NCBI GenBank assembly: GCA_050084515.1
Contig: CM114271.1
Location: forward strand, 47,988,001-48,052,000
Direction: 5' to 3'
DNA length: 64,000 bases
Source: Blasia pusilla
Taxonomy: Eukaryota
Shown: piece by piece, positions 24,950 to 39,165 of the stretch
Position numbering within the stretch: the stretch's first letter is position 1
Layout: each line of letters begins with the position of its first letter
Notes under the pieces: generated by a model
Databases searched by the model: none
Seen by the model: only the letters and a program-made list of their open reading frames with translations
Told to the model about the DNA's origin: nothing
Program-made: the position numbers and the translations under genes

Positions 24950-25555
24950 CGTGCCAAGGTCGCCTTAGCCCGCCATTTTCTCATGCGCTCCAAGGCTTTT
25001 GTCGAGCCCGCCCGTGAACTCCAAGGCACACGCTTGGCCCACCCTCCGCTCGCTTGGCCTGCCCCGAGCCCGCAAGCCCACACCTGGCCAGCCCGCGCCT
25101 AACCCATCCCCAAACCCTTCCTTGGCTTGCACTGCCCGCCCTCAGGCCCGCCCGCCCCCCAACTTGCCATGCCCGTCCTCGGCCCACACCAGGCCTGCCC
25201 CTTGCACGCTTGGTCTGCCCCCAACCCGCCAAGGCCGCCCTAGGCCCGCCCTTGCCTAGCCCGCCCCCTAGCTTGCTAGGCCCGCCCTCGCTCCACATGT
25301 ACACCATGCTTGCCCCTTGCCCACTTGGCATGCCCTCGCCCCAGACTAGGCCTGCCCCCAGCCTCCAAGGCCCGCACAAGAGCCCGTGCCTGGCCTACCT
25401 ACAAATTGCAAGCCCGGCCCTTGGCACGTTAACCTGCGATAGGTGCGCAACCCTGCGTGGGAGCTAGCGCATAGCCTGCCTCCATGCCCGCTAAGCCTGC
25501 CCTCGGCCCGCACCACGCCCGCCCCTACCCCTCAAGCATGCAATGGGCCTGCCTC
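24950..25555. repeat. GC-rich GCCCGC-motif region upstream of hAT copy 1
   Basis: Dense GCCCGC/GCCTGC motifs; positional equivalent of 54890-55830. Confidence 0.6.
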
Positions 25556-28500
25556 ACTACATGATAATGATAACAACGATTTTCATGACAATGACAACAA
25601 CGCTTTTGTAGCACAAAATGACACTACAAGTATGTGCTCTACTCAGGTAAATATTCCCTATTATGCATCTGCCCTTGCAACTTTTTCTTTTCTCTTCTTT
25701 GGTACTTAAGGCGTATCAATAGATTCCATCAACATACATGGACTTTGCTAACATGATCTTGAGTGATATCAACAACATACTCCACGCACAACCACCCCTT
25801 CATATTCAGCCGACCGAGAACCAAATGTGGTTTAGTGACAAGCTTGGAATGGGATGAGCCTTTGGGAGTATGGAGTGACTAGTAGATAGATACAAGCAAT
25901 AATATCTCAAAGGCAAAAATGGAATGAGAAATTTAGATTACACACCAAGGATACACCTTCCACAAATATAAAATTTCTCTCTTTCTTTTTTTACGTGTCT
26001 TTAATGTTGGTACAATGCCATGTTTTTTAACAAAGCTCTCTTAGAATACGGATATTAGTCTTATAATTCTCAGATCTTTAGAAAGAAGCACTCATGTTCA
26101 AAGCTATAAACTTCAAGGAGACCTCACTCATAAGGACCCATGCTAACAAATTATATGCCTACATGCATGTGGTAGGATTATCCTAGACCAATTGCGTACT
26201 TTGTGATATCAGTTCCATTTGCCTATCAAGATGCAAATAGACTCAAAAGCATTGAAGGCTTCCCACTTGATAAACCGTTTAAAATTAGAAAAGACCAATG
26301 GTGAACTCCCATACTTTGTACCCCTTGAGTCAGATCCATCTACACTGCTGATTACGCGTATCTTACCACCATTTCCACCACTTGCACAACAACCTTCATG
26401 CTCTGTGATTGACTTTGATTTATTTATCTACAACAACATAGACCTTGTTTTGTCACCAAGAAAATGCAAGTATGCATGAATAGGTATATTTTGTTTCATT
26501 TTTCAACTTTTTCATTACTTGAATCATAAGTTTTTTAACTACATATTCTATTAGATTCACTACTACATATTCACTAATACCATTTTCTCTTTCTTTTCCA
26601 CATTTTTCATTATATTCTCAATTTCTTTGATAAGTTATATCACAAGTTTTCGTAATCGATATTATCTCGGCTCCACTATTACACATTCACTAATAATATT
26701 TTGTCTTTCTTATGCAAATTTTGGATTAAATTTATAGCTTCCTCACTTCTACATGCAAATTCCTGAAACTTAGTTTTAATGACTATTTTTGCATATCACT
26801 AAATTTTTGCCACATTACATCAGTGTTCACACTTTTCCAAATCCATTATCTCAAAGCGTGAGATTTTTTGCTCATCTTTGCCTACCGGCATTCCATAATC
26901 TACAATAAGAAATTTGTATATCTTTGTACAGTTACATTTTTGAATGTTCCAAATGGATTTCAAATCTAACATTAGAAATTTTATACTTATGTGACCACCA
27001 CTTCAAAGCTTCATTTGGAAACTTTGTTACATCATTTCTCTCTTTCTTAAATACCAACTTCTTATAGTTTTTCTTTGAATTTTTGCCATAAATAAAGCTA
27101 AACTATCTTGCTAAATTGCTTCTTAATTGATTCACGTTTATTGCGTTGTGCATGCTCAGGTCAGAACAGGAAGATATTGAAGACGTCGACCATACTCAAC
27201 TAGTGCTGTCAATGCGTCAAATCATCATAACTAAGTGGAATCCCATTCAAATTTGACCCCACTTGATACACATTCCCCCCTTTCACTTCACGTGTATCGT
27301 GCAATAATGGCACAACTAGATAGCTCTAATAATCAGATTAACAAGCTAGAAAGGACAATCACAAACATTAGTCATGAACTCTCTGCCCTCTATGAATAAA
27401 ATGCTATCCCTATGGATATTGTTTCAATTCTAAAGGAAAAATTGAAGGATGCAAAGACTCACTTCAAGGATTTTTTGAAAGAGGTTGAACCGTTGATAGA
27501 CTATAGTCCCAAGATGTAATTACAAGCTGGGATCATTCAATCCTTACTCCGACGTTATACAACAAGTATTTTTCCATCATCACCTTTGTTTTTCATATCG
27601 GAATTCATTTCATTACACTTCAATATGATTCTTTGACACTACATCTTTGTATTTATATACATCATGCCTAATAACTTTACTTTATTCATTTCACACTCCT
27701 AATGCTGACATTGTATCAATTACTACACAATGCATAATAGTAAAATGTACCATGCACAGATATGTTAACTTTCACCCGTTCCATATAACTATTGCACTCT
27801 GCAACCTATATTGCATTTTGAGTTCTTTGTTAATGTACCTTGCAAGTGTTATCTCCAAGCATCCACTCAAAGTGATTTTGTACCTACTTCAAGCACAACT
27901 ACAGAAAAATCCTTGGCTTTGAATAATATTTCTTTCTTTCTTTTCCGCACTCAATGTCAATACATCTACCCGCACTTGAACTTTGAATCAACCGTTCTGT
28001 CACTCTAGACTACAATTGTCATGCTCTTAGTGAAGTAATATTACTCTATAAACACTATTTCTCTATGAGCTACACTATTTTTGGACAAAACATTACTATA
28101 CTTTCATATTTGTGCATTGAAGTTTTTCTCAATACTTGTGTTATTTTGGAATACAATTTTCATGATCTCAATAGCAATAATCTTATTCTTCAAAAGACTT
28201 TACTTATTGAACTTCTTATTGGCAAAGTCCCTCATATACATATATCCATTAATTGATTCTTATTAGAAAACTACAAGGTTTACTTGAGTTCCACTCTTCC
28301 CTCCCATTCAATCTATCTCACAAAAAAGGAGCGTGTAATTCCATGTACACACTGCTTTTTCAATCACATACTTAAAAAAGATGCATGCTTATATTTAAGA
28401 TTTCCTCACTCAGACTCTTATCATTATAGTTTTCTTTCTCTACACCTATGCTTTCCATATATCAAACAATTTGCCAACGATCCAATTTTGGGATGAAGTT

Positions 28501-30610
28501 TAGGTTTCATTCTCTTTATCTGGTACAAATAATGCTCACCCTATCATGAATCATTCAATCTATCTCACAAACCGAGTTCTATCCCAACAAAAACTCACAA
28601 AAATATTACTCACCCTACCATATATACTCGATAAGCCCACACACACTCGGTGGTATGGGAATAAGTCATTCCCGAGTATCTTTATCACAATAACGTTTTA
28701 TTTATTTCCATCACTTAATTCCCTTACCAAGAGTTTCTCACAAAATTACACCACAACCAGAACTTATCATCTTCTTACACCTATATGCGCGAGCTGCTAT
28801 CCTATCCAATTCCTGGCCGCATAGTAGTTCATGAAAAGGAGAGAAAAGAGAGAGATCCACCAGGACGAGGTATTCGATATCAAAGCCTACATGTCAGGGC
28901 CGTAAATTAACGAGGACGCGAATGGATTCACAAATCGGACGGCGATCGACGAAGGCCGGAGCGCGAGGAGACCGGTAAACCAAAATCTGGACGATGAACA
29001 CGTCGCGGAATCTGTCCAATGAAATGAAACGATCGCTCCTTCCACATCGCATTGTTCGCCACTCACCTGCATGGCGAGTTCGGATCACCAATCTCAGCAG
29101 CGAACGGCCAGGAATGCTCCCAGTTTTCCCGGCTGAACTCCCGGCGCTCTTGAAGAGCTCGACTTCGTACGAAAATGCACGGGAAGCTTCAGAAGTCACG
29201 ATCAAAGGTGGCAGAGCCCAAAAAGGTGTAAGAATTTGCTCGACGAACCCGCCTTAGACAAATCTAGCTCACTTGTCTTCTGTAGTCTTGCTCGGACCTC
29301 GCGGAGCCGGTTGGATGGACGGTGCGCACGCAGAGAATCATTCGGTGGAGGGATGACGCGGTAGCAGTCACGATCGAAGGTGGCAGTGGGCGGAACGAGC
29401 GGGAAAGTTTCGTTCAACGAAAAATGTTTATGGAAATGCAAGAAGTACCAAGAGAGAGTTGGGAACGAAGAAAGCGGTAACCCTCTGAAATCTAACCTCA
29501 CTGAGGATCAGTTTACAGAACCTTCCTGCTGGTTACACCTGTCCTTGGAGAGTCCTCACGACACGTGACACTCCTGTTTACACGGCAATTCACTAGTATC
29601 AGCTAAATGATGAAGAGGTGAAGATATTCGTGTGGAGTTCCCTCGGTGATCTGGCCTTGAACGTACCTACGTCTACGTACATGATGTGCACTTGGTACTT
29701 CCATGGTTTCGGGTACCGCGCTTGACTGGAAAGTCTTGTGACAAGTTAACGAAATTGCTAGTTGCCAAAGTTGCCAGCCGTCGGACCAGATGTTCACGTA
29801 AGTTTGCGGCCGTTGGAATTCATGTGGGCGAAGGGTGGAGGTCAGACGTTTTTGGATCAGAAGCTCGCAGAGGTTTTCGGCTGTTGAGATATACGGGGCC
29901 TGTCCATCTTCTTGTGTTTCCCCTGTTTCTCCCCGGTTGGACGAGTTGTTTGCTCTTCCTTGCTACGGACTGTGAGTTTAGACTTAGTCGGCTGATGGGA
30001 TCCGCCTCGCTTGTTTGTACAAGTTCTCCCGTAACTTTTCTTCTTGGATTCCCCTACCTAAACCCTAAACCCTTTCTTCGCAAGGTTCCCAGGAGGATGT
30101 ATTGGATTAACCGTCTTCCACACGGCACGATGCATGTTGACTTCTCATTCAGTCCGCAGGATTGTGGTCCTAAGAGTCAGGACTAGCTGTAGGCACAGAC
30201 ATCCGTGGCCATCAAATCAACGAATTGCGGATCAGCTGGGTTTCCGTGAGTGAATTTGCTGCGTCAGCGCCTTACTACTACAGAGGCTGTATATAAACTC
30301 GCTCACATGTGTCGTGAACTGATCGATTTGCTGCCGAAGCAAAACAGCACTTGGAATTGTGTGGAACCGGCACTCAAAGCGTGTGGTGAAGAAGGGGCCC
30401 ATCCCATCAGCGCTGCCCCGCGCAGACAGCGACCTCACGATAGAGTGAAATGAAGAAAGCACTGCAATGAGAAAGTGACCGGGGGAATTGGAGTTGGATT
30501 CTGTGAGCGTCAGAGATACCCCACTGAATGCACTGGTCTGATTAGGAAAATTCCTCGCCTAAAGGATGATGTGGTGAACGACACCGTTGGGTAATCTGAG
30601 CGCGGGAGGA

Positions 30611-33600
30611 ATGGCTGGAAGTAATTTGAATGCTAGGACTGATGGTGGTGGCTGCCCTCTCCATAATCTGGATTGGGCGACTATAGCTCCAAGGCCGGAG
30701 ATTATTGCAGCTCTAATCTCCATCGTCTGGGTGGCTCTGTATGTAATTCTGTACGGGTGGGCGAGAAGAAATCGTCCTGGACCCAAATGCTGGCCACTGA
30801 TAGGATGCGTGCCTACCCTTCTTTCCAATTGGCACCGTCTTCATGATTTTTTGTTGGATTGTTTTCAGAAGGACAAGGTGTTCTGGTTAACTTTCGGCTT
30901 TGGGCAGGATAATTTATGCACTGCAGACCCCGTCCACGTCGAACACATCCTGAAGACAAACTTCGCCAACTATCCCAAGGTAAACTTGAACTTTGTGGGC
31001 TCTGCTATCTAGGTCCGCAGACAGTGTGCCCAGACTTAAATTCAAAATTAAAGTCTTCCTCCATTGTTCGTACAGATAATCTTTCGCTGATGGCCTTCAA
31101 TTTTTTGTTGTGGCAAATAGCAAAAAGAAACGATTTATCAGCAGTTGAAGTTGCAGGGGAGTGATCAAAGTGTCATCCGGATCCTTCAGCTTTTCGAGTA
31201 GGTTAACATCACAGTCGCGCAGTCAGCTCTTTGGTCACCACGATTTATATACTTTGATATGATTGGCGCCGAACTTTACATCAATACTAGTGACGGTCCG
31301 CGTCCTCCCCGCCAGTGGAGATCATAATACCACACTTCAGAAAATTCAGTTTAATACCCCACCCGTAGTTCTACAGTTTGTGCCGTGCTGTCAGTCAACA
31401 AGAGTTGTAACACAATCGACCTTACCGGAAATATGATGCCGAAACTTCACTGACCAATCTTGCAGCTTTTGGTCTTTAAAACTAGGTTACTGAGCTTGGA
31501 AACCAGCTCTATTGACACCATCTTACCAATTTTGGAGTTGGATCTTCCCAAGGAAAAAGTACCTTGAAGGGAGTTCTAGAAGAGTGCTTGTTCAGGGTTT
31601 ACCCAGCGTATAGAGGATGATCCACTGCTTTGGTTACGGCTTTCACCAAATACATCTGCTCTTGTTCCCACCGTTCGGATCCTGTGGGAGCTGGATTAAC
31701 AATGGCTTGAAGTAACCCGAGATAGAGACGGAACTCATTAGGTAGTACTTGCGGTAGCCTTGCAACCGTAGACTGCCCAACTGGCTAGGATGGGTGCGGG
31801 AGAAGGAAATAGTGAAATAAAGTACCAAAGGAGAGAAGGGAGAGTTCTCTCATGTGGTATGAGTGCTCGCCGTCTGTAATATCACTGTTCAGCTTCCATG
31901 TGTCAGCCAATAAATTCTTCACAATACAGTCTTACTGGAGTTTTACCCCATCCTTAATCCCAGGACATTGACACAGTGACTGGAGAAAAATCAACTGAAG
32001 CACTTATTGTCTCAGGAGAGCCTCCTGCAAACTTAAGGTACCTAGAGAGATATGGAGTGTATCCAAATTTTGTAGAGGACTTCTGATGGGTTTCCTGAGG
32101 ACTTCTGAGGAGTTTTGATCAGCTGTTGAGGGTGATTGCATCCATGTGACAATATAACTAGAATGCTGTAAAATATGCAATGCGTTACAAAATCAGCATG
32201 TGTCTTTTGTTGGTAGTTTGACTGTATGATTTTGAAATCATAGAAAACTTACTGTCAGCTGGTGTTTGGTCAATTAATGATTTGACGTCAATCTCTTCGG
32301 CACGTACACCCATGCTGGTAAAAGCCAAGATGTTCCAATTAAAATTTTGTCATAAGAGAGTTTTCTAACTGATTTAGTTTCTGGGCTATTTGAAGGGAAG
32401 GGTGGTTGCTGAACCCATGAAGGACCTTCTGGGTAAGGGGATATTTACTTCTGATCACGAAACGTGGAGGCAACAGCGGAAGGTGGCCAGCTTAGAGTTC
32501 TCATCAGGTCACTTGCGGGACTTTGGTACTGTTGTCTACAGAGAACTTGCCCTGACAATGGTTCAAATTGTTTCCACTTTTGCAGATGCACAAAAATCGA
32601 TGGATATGCAGGTGAACGCCCAGTTTCTTCCTCCCTGGTAGCATTTTGTTGTCAAACTGTTGCCTTCTTGTGTGGGATTATAGTTGTCCAGCTCAGTTGA
32701 CATTGTTGGCTCACATATACAAGATTTGTGTGGATTCAGAGTTCTTAATTTCAGAGCCCAGTGCGCAAGCCTTACTGGTTTGGTCTTGCCTCCAGATGTT
32801 GATGTAGAAATGTTGTGACTTGAATACTGTTTTAGTGAGTTGGCAAGAGTAGATTCTGATGCGCTAGCTCCGTGAACCTGGGTGGAGGCAGAAGAGAATT
32901 GCATGGGCAGGGCATATGGTGGAAGGGACAGCACAAGGTCCAACTAAACTAGATCTAACCAGAAGAGTAAACTAGTGACTATCCTTTCAATTAAGTTAAC
33001 AGACGTCTGACTGTGGTCTACTTCTAAATGCAGTTTAAAAACTTAATCATAGTTTGATTTCAATTTGAAACCAAAGATTAAAAGGCATTGCTCATCAAGT
33101 AGTGCCTGTTGTAGCCTTGCGACCATAGACCCATGCCCGATTTGGACAGTGGTAGAGAAGGACGGGTCGAGAGAGACATAGAAATTAAGAAGGTTCCATA
33201 CGGTAAATGATACACAAGAAATAAATCAAGCCTGTGAGACCCAAAGAGCCAAAAGGTTAAAAACCTATCACAAAATAATAAAGCAAATGAAGAAAAAATC
33301 ATATAAGCCTAATCTCAGTGAATGCATGAAACATTGGTGTGATGAATAATTATGTCTCTGACGCAACAACCTTAATCATAAAGCACTAACTGCAGTTAAA
33401 ATTAAAAATTTGAAACATCCATTTGATGAGCTTCTCTAATCTCTACATATCTAGGACATTTAAAAAACAAAAGTAGTGTAATGATATGAGACGAAGGAGA
33501 CTCATAAAGTTTGGAGTCCTGACCACACAGAAATTTGGCAAGTTCTAGGTATCAATCAAGAAGCTCTTTACAACAAAGTCTACCTCACTTGGTTGGGATC

Positions 33601-36600
33601 CCCTATACTTGATGCTAACTAATGCTGCAGCTTTTGGTAGTCAAATCTAGGCTATTGAATGTGTTTAACAATTCTGTTGTTACCAATCTCAGCAATTTAG
33701 TAGTGAAAAGAGTTGGATCAGTGTACAAGTGGATGACATTGGATTAGAAGGAAGGGATGACATCTCAAATGTTGTAAAACATACTAATTTGGAGTTTACT
33801 ATAGTGAAAAGTAACTGATAGAATTACTATAATAACTTAGTGTTATACCACAGTAAATAGTAATTTCTTGTTACCATAGATTTACCTCAGTAATTCTGAG
33901 AATTACTGTGGGCGGCAGGCCCTAACCCTGAAACCCTAAAACCTAGAAACTCATTCTCTTGGCCGTATATAACCCTCTGAGGGTGCCCTGCGAAATTACA
34001 TTCTCTTACACCTTTCTGAACACAACTCTCTGAGCTGAAGAGCTGATTGAGAAGCACTGAGTATGCTTTGCTTACCTGAGTGGATTGTGCTTCTGACCTT
34101 AGTAGTTCAGTGTGCTGCTGCTTACAGACTGAGAGGTCTGCTGACCTGAGGGGTTCAGTGAGTCTTGTGATACAAGGTGTCTAGTAGTTCTAACCTGAGT
34201 GGTTGCTATTGCACTAAGTGTGCTTGTAATAGCTAGGTTGTAGAGAAACTCTGATATTCTAAAATCAAAGTATCCAGTAGAATGGATAGCACATTAGGAG
34301 CACCCTAGATCTAACAGAAATAGTTCACAAAAACCGTTAATTAACTGAGAGAAGTTTGACCATGGTAAATTTGTAACTAAAGTTGCAAGACTGATCATCA
34401 TTTAATTTCAATTTTAAAGATCATATTGTACTCCTCAAGTTGTGCCTTTCGGAGCCTTGCAGCCATGGACCCCATCCTAGATATTGGGATGGGTGTAGAG
34501 AGAGGAAGAAGTGAAGAAGGTACCATCTGAAAGGAGGTAGACACTCTCATATAGTGTGAGTGCTGACCATACAAAGTGTTGGTGTGGAACTTCCAAGTGT
34601 CAACCAGTAAGCTCCTTACAACACCATCTACTTCACCTGATTGGGATCCCCAATACAGATTACCTACCAGTGCAGCAGCTTTGGGCAGCAAATCTAGGCT
34701 GCTGAATGTGTTGAAGATTATGTTTCATTGGGAAAGTCGAGAGCAGTCAGTATAAAGTGGTTGAGGCCAAACCAAAATTTATTCACTCATGATGACTGGT
34801 GTTGATTCTTCCAAAGAAGAATAGTCAGCTGGTCATGAATGAAGCCAAATCTTTATTGCTAGCTGATGGAAGGAAACAGAATTACCAAAATCCTAATACT
34901 CGTGGGGTAAAGAATGGTCGGGTTTCCTATGTTCATAAATTTTACTCAGTTTCAAAAGCAGACGGCTGGGAAATACCAAAGTTGACAAACCTACAACATA
35001 ACCATCCTTGGCTAGACAGTGACTTGCTAAAGACCTTCTGAGGCTATTCAGTATCTTCTGCAAGTGAGATAAGTAATCCATGTGACCAGGCTTAGAGCTT
35101 ACTGGTGGTAGGCGTAAAATAGAATCTTACGACAAGACAGACCATGGGTTGATGTTGTATCAACTCCTTTCTCTGGTCCTTAGGTTAGTTTAACTTTTAC
35201 CATATTTTTAAGAACTTGTATACATTGTTCTACTGCAGGATCTGTTTATGCGCATGACTCTTGACTCAACATGTAAAAAGGGTTTCGGTGTAGAGCTTGG
35301 GTGTCTTGTTCTGTCATTGCCAGAGATTACCTTCGCCAAGGCATTTGATCGGGCAAACGAAATTTCCTTCAATCGCTGGGTTGATCCCCTGTGGCGACTA
35401 AAGCGAGCTCTGAACATTGGAAGTGAAAAAGAGTTAAGGCAGTGTGTAAACGACATAGACAAATTTTCTTATGACGTGATTAAGAAAAGAAGGGCAGAGA
35501 TGGAGGAGGTATCAGGAAGAAACGGCAAGCAAGAGAAGGCAAGTCCCTGAAGTGTTGCTTGTAGTTATGGCCCTCTTATATTTGCTTGTGGCCATTTATT
35601 TTGCAAGAAGTGTTCATTGGGCTTAACTTTCATTCACTTTGATTCTTGCAGACAAGACCAGATTTGCTATCACGGTTCATGAAATTGACAGATGAGCTTG
35701 ACCAGTACTATTCAGATCAGGCGTTAAGAGATCATGTTGTGAACTTCATCATTGCTGGGAGAGATACCAGTGCTATTGCTCTCAGTTGGTTGATATACAT
35801 GTTATGTGTTCACCCCAAGGCTGCTGATCGGATTTTTGATGAAATCAAGATCCTTGAGAAAGAAAACGAGAATATCATTGCAGAAGGGAAGACAACTGAT
35901 CAATATGCAAACTTTGCGAAAGTTTTGAGCTTCCAGAATATAGCCAAGTTGCAGTATTTACATGCTGCTCTCAGTGAAACTCTTCGACTATTTCCTTCTG
36001 TTCCTTTGGTCAGATTTTGATACACACGCACCCTTTCTTTTTTATCTGACTTCTCCTTGCATGACTTTTGCAGTGCAAGAGAAATAGAACAAATCATGTG
36101 AAAAGAAATAGATTCTGGACTGTGCTCATTTGCATAAATGAAGTGACTGGAAAGTAGTGCTTCAGGTAGACACGTTCAAAGGGCGAGTTAAAACTAATCT
36201 TTTTGATCAATTGTGAAGCTTTGTTTGATCCGTGTGAGGTAACCATCACTACCTCTTGAAACAGGATTCAAAGACCTGCAGTGCAGATGATGTGCTACCA
36301 GATGGAACTCTAGTGAGAAAGAATGATGTTGTTACCTACTGTGCCTACCCAATGGGACGCTTGGAGCGGGTCTGGGGACCTGATGCAAGTGAGTTCAAGC
36401 CTGAAAGATGGCTTCAAGATGGCACTTTTCAACCAGAATCTCCTTTCAAGTTTGTGTCCTTTCATGTAAGTAAAATTCCTTCTCCTACCAAGCTCAGGAG
36501 ATGTTCAATAGAATTGAACCAGCAGATTTTACATGGAGGGAAAATGCGCAATCATTCTACCAACAAATCAAAACATTAATGAATTTAGTTTCAGTTGAAG

Positions 36601-37188
36601 ATATAGCAAAAGTTGGTCAAAATGAATAAAACCAAGCATAAAACCAAGAATAAAACCAAGCATTCTCTTATATGAACCCGTCCTTGAGACCCCGAACATG
36701 GTGCATTTCCGCAACCTTTTATGATTGGAGGCCCGTAGCGTATTTTTTTCCCCAGAATAAAACGGGGATGTGAAGCTCAACGCTTACGGCTCAACTGCAA
36801 GGGCCAATGGATTCTCAATTGTCGTTGTGTCCCTGATTCAAGAAACTTTCCAGGCTCCTTGATAGTCTTAAACCTTCCTTATATGGGAGTGCTGGACTTT
36901 CTCTATTGTCACAACTATTTATAGCTGTGAATCATCTATTAGCATTCTTCTCCTCAAGGCCAGAAGGCAATGGTGCAAGTGACGCTGTGGTGTCTCTTCT
37001 CATGTCTGCAGGCAGGGTATCGTGGATGCTTGGGTAAAGATACGGCCTACCTTCAAATGAAAATCACGGCAGCACTTCTGATTCGATTCTTCAGATTTCA
37101 ACTGGTGCCTGGCCATGAAGTTTCTCCACGCATCATGTTTGTTCTCTCTATGACAAACGGTCTGAAAGTCACTGCCAGCCGTCGCTGA
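30611..37188 (+). CDS. Cytochrome P450, CYP86 clan (CYP704-like fatty-acid hydroxylase)
   Basis: Exons 30611-30979, 32396-32611, 35239-35538 (GC donor), 35652-36008, 36265-36465, 37012-37188. Motifs GPKCWPLIG, HILKTNFANYPKG, WRQQRK, AGRDTS, ETLRLFP, PERW and heme FHAGYRGCLG. Confidence 0.92.
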
Positions 37189-38459
37189 TCGCACTGTATG
37201 CTTCCCCTCGCTACCCCGGTCCCCCCACACTCCAAATGCACAAAATCGGTTGGAAGTCACAGTTTGCCACCATTCTCTTCTGATCCTCTGGTCGGTTCTT
37301 GACTTGAACCCAGTCATACTAGATTGCAGAATCGGCGGAGTCACATACAGATTGTGGAGTTGAATCCTATGATGTGGTGTCCACAACAGTGATGTCCATC
37401 CCAACTGCTATCCATCATCTATATTTTCTGTCAGTTTGCCTTCCATGTGGCACAGCGCTTACTTGCATGTGGCACAGTTTGCCTTCCATGCAGGATTGTG
37501 ATTCTTAGCCACTAATGAAATTCTGTAACTCAAGATAATACAGCTTTTTGTCCCTGTATTTATGTAAAAAAAGGCAAGTAGAATGCGGCCAGAGTGATGT
37601 ATGGGAGGTCATAACGAAATAATATTTGAAAGTTTGTTTGTATGAATTTGGAGTAAAAGTGCTGGCTACGTTATGTTACTTGTAGGATTGATAAGAGGAA
37701 TGTCTAGGAAATGTTTGTACGAAAACGACGTCATTTGGTAATAAACTTTCGTGTAAGAATTGTGGTTCTGCACTGTGCTAAATGTGGCGCATGGTACAAT
37801 CCCCGCTGGGTGATAAAATCTGTGCAGTAAAACGCAAAGGAGATTGAATTACATGAATAAGCAACCTATTGCATAAAGCAAAGAGATCTCAGTATACCAA
37901 GTGGATAACATAGTAGATCATGAATATAATAGGTGAGTAAAGAATGTATACAATGTAATGAAGTGTGGGATCGAGCATAGGAATTGGTGACAAAATGTAG
38001 TGAGTATCCGGATAATGATGATGAGGATGAGGACGCATGCATTCTACAAGATGAAGTTTTGAAATTGAAAATAATTCAACATTAGGTCACATACTTGGTT
38101 TTGTCACCTTAAAACTGGGAAAACTATTTTTTGAAAACATAGAACTTCATATAACATTGCACTAATGTACTAGGAAAGAAATATAGACAATTAGAAATAA
38201 GCAAGTGAAAATTGTTACTAGTGAGCAACAAAGTATTGAAAAGAAGTCTCAATTAAGTATTGTATATGCACGGGATTGAAGAATGAAATAAGAGCGGTTG
38301 AACCAATTCTCAATGACATGCACACATGATGGTAGAAGGAATTCTCCATAGAGTGCATATGATGGCAGCAGAGTACAAGTGAGGGTCAATTCAAGAGATA
38401 TCAGATGAAGGGAATGGATTCAAAGTAGGATGATACACATGAACACATTAGATGAGAAG

Positions 38460-39165
38460 ATTGGAATAATGTATTGTTTAATATTGAAAAGTAAGGTGTT
38501 GAAGAATGTGGAGGAACTAGGAATAAATATGGGACAATTCTCATTTGGTAATGAGAAAAAAAAAGGTTTTGCATATAATGAGTAGACCAATCATCCTTGA
38601 TTTAATGTTCATACTACTTGCCATTTGTCTTACAGCATTCCAAAGTGTATGATAATCACAAATGATGTCTTGCACTAAAGTGAGCATGACGTATATGTTG
38701 TGGACTAATATCGTAGGCGTAGAATTGATACATAGAATCCAGTATCAATCACTAGAATGTACGAAGCAATGATTGGATAATTCCCGCTTGCAATAAGATA
38801 CCCATAAACACATCAAAGTATACGAGAAGATTGCAATAGTGTATTGCTTAGTGTTGAAAAGAAAGGTTTTGAAAAATGTAAGGGAATTAAGAACAAATAT
38901 GAGACAATATTGCATTGGGTAATGAAAAATAAATAGATTATGCATATAATGAGTTGACCAATCAACCCTATGTTAATGTCCATGCTACTTGCCATGTGTG
39001 GTAAAGCATTCCAAAATATATCACAATTACAAATGATATTTTGCATAGAAGTGAGCATGAATCATATGTTGTGCACTAATCTTATAGGTACGGAATTGAT
39101 ATATACTATCCAATAATGATGATTAGAATGTACGAAGCAATGATTGGATAATTCCCACTTGCAAT
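38460..39165. repeat. Diverged ~370-bp tandem duplication
   Basis: TAGAATGTACGAAGCAATGATTGGATAATTCCC occurs at ~38753 and ~39124 with collinear flanks. Confidence 0.7.

Noticed and set aside
24981-25467. Pro/Ala/Arg-rich ORFs (also 55050-55855)
   Set aside because: By-products of GC-rich repeat DNA; no recognisable domain.
28870-30460. Short ORFs upstream of the P450
   Set aside because: No recognisable homology; probably promoter/5' UTR sequence.
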